From a virus: a DNA stretch of 6,025 nt. Made by a program: the position numbers and the translations under genes. Below the pieces are notes generated by a model. That model worked only from the letters and a program-made list of their open reading frames with translations. It made no database searches and was not told the DNA's origin. Location of the stretch: the IMG/VR virus record IMGVR_UViG_3300020030_000133, positions 1 through 6,025 of that record; one strand, given 5' to 3'. Each line of letters begins with the position of its first letter. The stretch's first letter is position 1. Shown one piece after another: positions 1 to 3,558 of the stretch.

Positions 1-121
1 ACCAAAGCCAAGGTAGCAACATGAGCCAAAGCCAAGGCGGGGGACAGAGTACATCCACGAGCGTTGGCGGCACAAACGACAAGCAGATCATGGACTACCT
101 CAACAAATACTATCAATGGCA
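1..121. repeat. Left copy of an exact 121-nt terminal overlap (identical to 5905..6025), marking a circular genome of 5904 nt
   Basis: Read by eye: accaaagccaaggtagcaacatgagccaaagccaaggcggggg...aaatactatcaatggca occurs at both ends of the window at offset 5904. The VP2 frame is continuous across the junction. Confidence 0.95.
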
Positions 122-737
122 GGGCGGGCAAAACGCTTTCCAAAGCAAAACGAACCGCCAAAACATGTTAATGCAGATGGGCTATAATACGCTATCAGCA
201 ATTCAGCAAGGCATTTATAACCACATCGAGAACAACGCCGCAATGCAGTACAACAGCGCAGAAGCACTGGCAAACAGACAGTTTCAAGAGCGTATGAGCA
301 GTACAGCATACCAAAGAGCCGTTGAAGATATGCGAAAAGCAGGATTAAATCCTATTTTGGCATTCGCACAAGGCGGAGCAAGCACGCCGGGCGGAGCGGG
401 CGCTACAATCACAGGCGCAAGTATGGGAATGCCAACGTCAAGCGCACTGGGAGTATCCACATTAAACGGCAACGTACCGAACAGCTATTTCAGCAAAAGT
501 GAAAGTAAGTCACAGTGGTACCAGCTAGCCGAAGCCGTAGGCAGTCAGATGAGTACAGGCTATAGTAGTCCGGTACAGTTGACAGAAGATTTGCTCAAAA
601 CCTATAAGCAGATGGAAAAGACAGAAAAAACAGTACCAACTGCGAAACCGAAAAACAAAGAAAGCAGAGCAATGAAGCCGCAGGACAAAACAGGAGCATA
701 CGGAGAGAAGAGAAAGCCGGGTGATTATCTGAAATGA
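1..737 (+). CDS. VP2: DNA pilot / minor capsid protein VP2, 3' portion (5'-truncated by the window start; same gene as 5778..6025; full gene 864 nt, 287 aa on the circle)
   Basis: The frame is open from the window start (first full codon at 3) to TGA 735..737. The track ORF 21..737 begins at an internal Met. It contains [23 protein letters not shown], which I recognise as the conserved core of gokushovirus VP2 proteins, and a Gly/Ser/Gln-rich N-terminal region. It shares an ATGA stop/start overlap with VP4. Confidence 0.85.
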   Translation, partial: QSQGSNMSQSQGGGQSTSTSVGGTNDKQIMDYLNKYYQWQGGQNAFQSKTNRQNMLMQMGYNTLSAIQQGIYNHIENNAAMQYNSAEALANRQFQERMSSTAYQRAVEDMRKAGLNPILAFAQGGASTPGGAGATITGASMGMPTSSALGVSTLNGNVPNSYFSKSESKSQWYQLAEAVGSQMSTGYSSPVQLTEDLLKTYKQMEKTEKTVPTAKPKNKESRAMKPQDKTGAYGEKRKPGDYLK

Positions 738-1753
738 GTTGTTACAAGCCGTTAATAAGGCTGTACAACCCGAATGATAAAGAACAGAGCGGGCGGGTAT
801 ATTCACTCGCCCGCTTTTCTCAGCTAAGCGGGAAACAGCTAAAATATGAAGATTTGATGTATAATCCAAAAGTCATGTTAATTCCATGCGGACAATGTAT
901 TGGATGCAGAATCAGACAACGAGAAGATTGGACAACGAGAATAGAGCTAGAAGCGCGAGACTATCCGAAAGAAGAAGTTTGGTTTATAACACTAACTTAT
1001 GACGATGAACATGTACCGGGCATGATAGTAAAAACAGGTGAAATCATGCGCAAAGTACAGTACACATGGAAGCCGGGAGAGAAGCGCCCTAGCAGTGTTC
1101 AGATTTTGCTATATGAGGATATTCAAAAGTTCTTAAAACGTCTCAGAAAGGCTTACAGGGGCAAATTACGCTATTTTGTGGCTGGTGAGTATGGAGAGCA
1201 GACAGCAAGACCGCATTATCACATGATACTATACGGATGGAGACCAAAAGACCTAGAAAACCTGTACAAAATCCATCACAACGGATACTATACCAGTAAA
1301 TGGTTAGCAGACCTATGGGGAATGGGTCAAATACAGATAGCGCAAGCAGTTCCAGAAACCTACAGATATGTTGCAGGGTACGTTACAAAAAAAATGTACG
1401 AAATAGACGGCAAGAAAGCAAATGAATACTATGAACTAGGGCAAACAAAACCATTTGCATGCATGAGCTTAAAGCCAGGACTCGGAGATCACTACTATCA
1501 AGAGCACAAAGCAGAAATCTGGCGGCAAGGATACATTCAATGCACCAACGGAAAACAAGCGCAAATTCCAAGATACTACGAAAAACAGATGGAAGCAGAA
1601 AACCCACAAAGGCTGTGGAGAATCAAACAGAACCGACAGAAAAACGCAATGAAGCAGAAGAGACTACAGTTAGAAGGTCAGGACTATAAAACCGTCCTAG
1701 AGACCAAAGAGCGTGTCACCAAAAAACAAACGAAAAAACGTGGCATTTTGTAA
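734..1753 (+). CDS. VP4: Replication initiation protein VP4 (HUH-superfamily rolling-circle endonuclease, phiX174 protein A analogue)
   Basis: 339-aa ORF. N-terminal MSCYKPL and Cys cluster PCGQCIGCR. Motif 1 FITLTY, motif 2 PHYHMILYG (HUH), motif 3 [11 protein letters not shown] (catalytic Tyr pair). Basic K/R/Q-rich C-terminus. The start overlaps the VP2 stop (ATGA). Confidence 0.95.
   Translation: MSCYKPLIRLYNPNDKEQSGRVYSLARFSQLSGKQLKYEDLMYNPKVMLIPCGQCIGCRIRQREDWTTRIELEARDYPKEEVWFITLTYDDEHVPGMIVKTGEIMRKVQYTWKPGEKRPSSVQILLYEDIQKFLKRLRKAYRGKLRYFVAGEYGEQTARPHYHMILYGWRPKDLENLYKIHHNGYYTSKWLADLWGMGQIQIAQAVPETYRYVAGYVTKKMYEIDGKKANEYYELGQTKPFACMSLKPGLGDHYYQEHKAEIWRQGYIQCTNGKQAQIPRYYEKQMEAENPQRLWRIKQNRQKNAMKQKRLQLEGQDYKTVLETKERVTKKQTKKRGIL
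786..818 (+). terminator. Intragenic GC-rich hairpin followed by TTTT, about 55 nt into VP4 (candidate attenuating terminator or cis-acting DNA element)
   Basis: agcgggcg (788..795) pairs perfectly with cgcccgct (808..815). The stem can extend by G796.T807 and G797-C806, leaving the loop tatattca. It is followed by tttt (815..818). Confidence 0.35.
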
Positions 1754-1766
1754 TTGGTGTCACCTA

Positions 1767-1808
1767 GCCCAGTACCTATCAAGTAAGGTACTGGGCATTT
1801 TATTATTT
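1767..1808 (+). terminator. Rho-independent terminator downstream of VP4
   Basis: Perfect 10-bp stem gcccagtacc (1767..1776) / ggtactgggc (1787..1796) with a 10-nt loop, followed directly by attttattattt. It begins 14 nt after the VP4 stop codon. Confidence 0.8.
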
Positions 1809-1809
1809 A

Positions 1810-1848
1810 GCACGCACGCACGCGCGTTAAATCGCACGTGCACGCGTG
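1810..1848. other. Two perfectly alternating purine/pyrimidine (CG/CA) tracts forming an imperfect hairpin
   Basis: gcacgcacgcacgcgcg (1810..1826, 17 nt) and cgcacgtgcacgcgtg (1833..1848, 16 nt) are separated by ttaaat. The inner 8 positions pair 7/8. The second tract contains overlapping palindromes CACGTG, GTGCAC and ACGCGT. Confidence 0.6.
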
Positions 1849-1935
1849 AGGTAAAGTGAGAGAACGTTCTACCCTATAATCCCTATTCGCTACGCTTCAA
1901 GGGATAACGCTTTGCCTTTATTATATAACTTGTTG

Positions 1936-1950
1936 TAGTAGTAGTAGTAG
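1936..1950. repeat. (TAG)5 trinucleotide microsatellite
   Basis: tagtagtagtagtag read directly, preceded by ttgttg. Confidence 0.95.
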
Positions 1951-1954
1951 AGGA

Positions 1955-2120
1955 TGTGGAAAAGTTGAAAACTACTTTTTCTTTACGTTGGTACGAAGAA
2001 AAAGTAGCAAAAAGAATGTTAAAAGATTTGTTGAAAACTTGTTGAATTGTTGAAACACTCTGTTGTGCTAAAGTTTAACAATGTTGAAATGTTGAAAACT
2101 ACGTTGAAAATGTTGAAAAC
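1955..2120 (+). repeat. Array of same-orientation (T)GTTGAA(A)(A) iterons
   Basis: Exact GTTGAA starts at 1964, 2030, 2041, 2049, 2083, 2091, 2103 and 2112. Degenerate copies: tgtggaaaa at 1955, tgttaaaag at 2017, tgttgtgc at 2061. The 12-mer gttgaaaactac occurs twice (1964, 2091). Spacings within the clusters are 8-12 nt. Confidence 0.85.
1972..2007. repeat. 12-bp perfect inverted repeat (hairpin) embedded in the iteron array
   Basis: ctactttttctt (1972..1983) is the exact reverse complement of aagaaaaagtag (1996..2007). An inner cgt/acg stem (1986..1988 / 1993..1995) closes a ttgg tetraloop. Confidence 0.8.
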
Positions 2121-2157
2121 CCAATAGAAGCAGTCCGGAATCGAACGGGAAAGTCAC

Positions 2158-2204
2158 GGCCGCGCTTCGCTGGAAGTTGCGCCGCGTAGCGCGCAACAGC
2201 GGCC
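2158..2204 (+). other. GC-rich nested stem-loop element
   Basis: Outer all-GC 6-bp stem ggccgc (2158..2163) / gcggcc (2199..2204) encloses a perfect 7-bp stem gttgcgc (2176..2182) / gcgcaac (2191..2197). Several GCGC blocks allow alternative folds. It lies between the AT-rich iteron array and the promoter. Confidence 0.5.
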
Positions 2205-2208
2205 ATCT

Positions 2209-2260
2209 AATGAAAAATTTCTGCAGAAGACTTGACAATTGTAAAGAGCTGTGATATAAT
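2209..2260 (+). promoter_or_regulatory. Full-consensus sigma70-type promoter with extended -10 and an UP-like A/T tract
   Basis: TTGACA (2232..2237), 17-nt spacer, TG-n (2252..2254), TATAAT (2255..2260). The A/T tract gaaaaattt (2212..2220) sits at about -56 to -48. An 8-bp palindrome acaattgt (2235..2242) overlaps the -35. The first SD and ATG follow within about 25 nt. Confidence 0.8.
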
Positions 2261-2285
2261 AGAGTCAGAAAGAGAGGTAAGCAAT

Positions 2286-2465
2286 ATGATGTACGAATAC
2301 ACTGAAAACAAAAAGGTAAAATGGTACAGATCACCCATTGACAACAGCATAAGAATGCCTTATACTTACAACAAGAAAACGAAATTTTGGGAAAACAGAA
2401 CATGCCAACTGACGAGACAAAGAATCCACCAGCTAGAAAAAGAAAACAAAATAATGTGGATGTGA
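2286..2465 (+). CDS. Hypothetical small basic, aromatic-rich protein (59 aa), first gene after the promoter
   Basis: ATG 2286 is preceded by gagaggt (2272..2278) at 7-nt spacing. The track's TTG start at 2232 coincides with the -35 hexamer and is therefore unlikely. The stop at 2463..2465 lies 12 nt before the next start. No motif recognised. Confidence 0.5.
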   Translation: MMYEYTENKKVKWYRSPIDNSIRMPYTYNKKTKFWENRTCQLTRQRIHQLEKENKIMWM

Positions 2466-2477
2466 CAGGAGGCCAAC

Positions 2478-2861
2478 ATGAAGCACATAAACTACATAAA
2501 AGCAAACTTCGGAAAAGTAAGCGAGCACTTCAAAGCAAAAGAGTTTCAGTGCGGAGACAAAACAGAAGGGCTGCTGGTAGCAACCGAACTAATTGAAATA
2601 CTGGAAAAAATCCGAAATCACTTCAACGCACCGGTCATTATCAACAGCGGATACCGTACACCAAGCTGGAACAGCAAAGTAAACGGAGCATCAAACAGCT
2701 ATCACTGCAAAGGGATGGCGGCAGATATCGTAGTAAAAGAACACAGCAGTAAAGAAGTCGCAAAGTACGCAGATGAAATCATGGAGCAAGGCGGCGTAAT
2801 CAGATACACAAACTTTACACACATTGACGTGCGCGAAGAAAAATACAGAAAGGGGGTGTAA
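2478..2861 (+). CDS. Peptidase M15-type zinc peptidoglycan hydrolase (D-Ala-D-Ala carboxypeptidase / L-Ala-D-Glu peptidase-like fold); candidate endolysin
   Basis: 127 aa. AGGAGG (2467..2472) lies 5 nt before the ATG. Motifs: EFQC, INSGYRTPSWNSKVNGASNSYHCKGMAAD (an SxHxxGxAxD zinc-ligand motif with His76 and Asp83) and FTHIDVR (His115, Asp117), arranged as in Peptidase_M15_3-type proteins. No signal peptide or transmembrane (TM) segment is visible. Confidence 0.88.
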   Translation: MKHINYIKANFGKVSEHFKAKEFQCGDKTEGLLVATELIEILEKIRNHFNAPVIINSGYRTPSWNSKVNGASNSYHCKGMAADIVVKEHSSKEVAKYADEIMEQGGVIRYTNFTHIDVREEKYRKGV

Positions 2862-2864
2862 CCC

Positions 2865-2969
2865 ATGGCATTGATTAAGGTCAAAGACCTGCGAGAAGCA
2901 ATCCAGCTAATCAAGACGGTTCTGGAAAAGCTCGACCAGATCTACCACATCCTGAAGGAAAAGGAGTAA
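2865..2969 (+). CDS. Hypothetical 34-aa amphipathic helical peptide
   Basis: ATG 2865 is preceded by aggggg (2851..2856). It encodes MALIKVKDLREAIQLIKTVLEKLDQIYHILKEKE. It starts 4 nt after the peptidase stop, and its own stop lies 3 nt before the next ATG. It is too short for the ORF track. Confidence 0.4.
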   Translation: MALIKVKDLREAIQLIKTVLEKLDQIYHILKEKE

Positions 2970-2972
2970 AAC

Positions 2973-3194
2973 ATGGTAAACAAAACATGGAATGTGCGAG
3001 ACCAGACCGAAGAAACACTCAGATTAGAGGCCGAAAGGCTATACAAGCAGATAGAAACCGGATACAAGATGGTAAAAAAAGTGTCCAAGCTAGAAGAAGC
3101 CGAAAGGATCATTGAACGAATCTGGGTTATGAAGAAATGGGCCAACGACATCGAGCTAGAACTGCTCAGAAGGGAGTACAACAATGAAGCATAG
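2973..3194 (+). CDS. Hypothetical 73-aa charged helical (coiled-coil-like) protein
   Basis: AAGGAG (2961..2966) lies 6 nt before ATG 2973. The sequence is E/K/R/L-rich and helix-prone. Its 3' end overlaps the next gene start by 11 nt. Confidence 0.6.
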   Translation: MVNKTWNVRDQTEETLRLEAERLYKQIETGYKMVKKVSKLEEAERIIERIWVMKKWANDIELELLRREYNNEA

Positions 3195-3303
3195 GCAGAG
3201 AATGCCGGTACACACTGACAAGCGCATGTTCAACGTAACGGCACGCAAAACAAAGAGTATCAACCTCAGCCAGAAACCCATGCGGGGCGGCATCAGAATG
3301 TAA
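3184..3303 (+). CDS. Small highly basic protein (39 aa), J-like / gokushovirus ORF8-like putative DNA-condensing packaging protein
   Basis: Translated by hand: MKHRQRMPVHTDKRMFNVTARKTKSINLSQKPMRGGIRM. agggag (3171..3176) lies 7 nt before the ATG. About 11 K/R plus 2 His against 1 acidic residue. The C-terminal MRGGIR resembles, from memory, the C-terminus of chlamydiaphage ORF8-type proteins. It is positioned ahead of the VP5/VP3/VP1 module. Confidence 0.65.
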   Translation: MKHRQRMPVHTDKRMFNVTARKTKSINLSQKPMRGGIRM

Positions 3304-3315
3304 AGGAGAAAAAAC

Positions 3316-3558
3316 ATGATTCACGGATACTATGGCATCTACGACAGCGTAGCAAAGAGCTACTGCTACATCGGCGAAAACAAGAGCAACGAGACGTTTG
3401 CACGGATGTGCAATATCATGGCAAAGGACGAGAAGACGTTCCTGGGCCAGTCGCCTGAAGACTACAAGGGCTACCACATCGCAAACTTCAACGATGAAAC
3501 CGGCACGTTTGAGAGCATCGAGCCGGATAAAGTCTGGGAGGGCAAGCCGCATGAATAA
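3316..3558 (+). CDS. VP5: VP5-like non-structural protein (gokushovirus ORF5 family, tentative)
   Basis: AAGGAG (3303..3308) lies 7 nt before the ATG. 80 aa. The pattern IYDSVAKSY...ARMC...PEDYKGYHIANFNDETGTF matches my recollection of the VP5 family pattern (hydrophobic-YD-x-KA ... G-x-FD-x-x-TG). It sits immediately upstream of VP3, overlapping it, as in gokushoviruses. Confidence 0.65.
   Translation: MIHGYYGIYDSVAKSYCYIGENKSNETFARMCNIMAKDEKTFLGQSPEDYKGYHIANFNDETGTFESIEPDKVWEGKPHE

Noticed and set aside
1-121. The 121-nt terminal direct repeat as a biological terminal redundancy or LTR-like element
   Set aside because: It interrupts the VP2 gene, which only becomes a complete 287-aa ORF when the ends are joined. 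Microviridae genomes are circular, so this is an assembly overlap or windowing artefact of a circle.
579-608. Promoter-like TTGACA - 18 nt - TATAAG inside VP2, about 130 nt upstream of VP4
   Set aside because: The -10 lacks the highly conserved final T, the spacer is 18 nt, and it lies within coding sequence, where one such match in 6 kb is plausible by chance. It could still be a weak internal Rep promoter; 5' end mapping would decide.
1459-1689. 76-aa basic alternative-frame + strand ORF inside VP4
   Set aside because: No SD precedes ATG 1459. The K/R/S/T-rich composition is typical of frame-shifted A-rich coding sequence. An overprinted gene cannot be formally excluded without comparative synonymous-rate analysis.
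1861-1905. Small palindromes and repeats in the non-coding region: the 10-bp palindrome agaacgttct (1861..1870), the duplicated ccctat (1872, 1881), the atccct/agggat 6-bp stem (1879..1905) and a TATAAT at 1875..1880
   Set aside because: Each is short enough to arise by chance. The TATAAT has no acceptable -35 (taaagt at 17 nt) and no downstream gene. They are noted as possible operator-like sites, but the sequence alone does not support them as features.
1955-2120. Possible CRISPR array, given the many short direct repeats
   Set aside because: The repeat unit is only 6-12 nt at 8-12 nt periodicity, with no spacer-sized unique inserts of about 30 nt and no cas genes. It is an iteron/A-tract array, not a CRISPR array.
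2016-2127. Mini-ORFs created by the ATGTTGAAA repeats (MLKDLLKTC from 2016, MLKC from 2081, MLKTTLKMLKTQ from 2089)
   Set aside because: They have no SD sites, encode 4-12 codons only, and are a direct by-product of the iteron sequence containing ATG-TTG-AAA. The region also lies upstream of the only convincing promoter.
2134-2150. tRNA-like T-arm on the minus strand (tcccg-TTCGATT-ccgga, resembling the GTTCGAxTC T-loop consensus)
   Set aside because: The T-stem has an internal C-C mismatch. No 7-bp acceptor partner lies at tRNA distance upstream; the only gaagc/gcttc pairing is about 30 nt away. No D-arm or anticodon arm could be built, so this is probably chance within a GC-rich structured region. 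A tRNAscan-SE or Infernal run would settle it.
2232-2285. Upstream TTG start of the 77-aa track ORF 2232..2465
   Set aside because: The TTG is the first half of the -35 hexamer, so the extension would lie upstream of the predicted transcription start. The SD-preceded ATG at 2286 is preferred.
2068-2505. 145-aa minus-strand ORF across the iteron/GC island/promoter region (the other minus-strand ORFs 100..309, 284..472, 525..869, 1383..1607, 2702..2914, 2942..3184, 3166..3681, 3471..3674, 3770..4084, 3807..4019, 4320..4634, 4522..4707, 4947..5129, 5409..5639 and 5569..5979 are rejected on the same grounds)
   Set aside because: All lie antisense to well-supported + strand genes or to repeat DNA. 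Their products are Cys/Phe/Leu/Ser-rich low-complexity sequence, as expected from reading a purine-rich coding strand backwards. I saw no SD sites. Microviridae transcribe one strand only.
3398-3550. N-terminal extension of the VP3 ORF as listed in the track (195 aa starting at 3398)
   Set aside because: The extension is R/S/T-rich out-of-frame read-through of the VP5 gene and I saw no SD before 3398. ATG 3551 has a ggagg SD and an ATGAATAA overlap with the VP5 stop, and the product from that start has the expected VP3 size and character.
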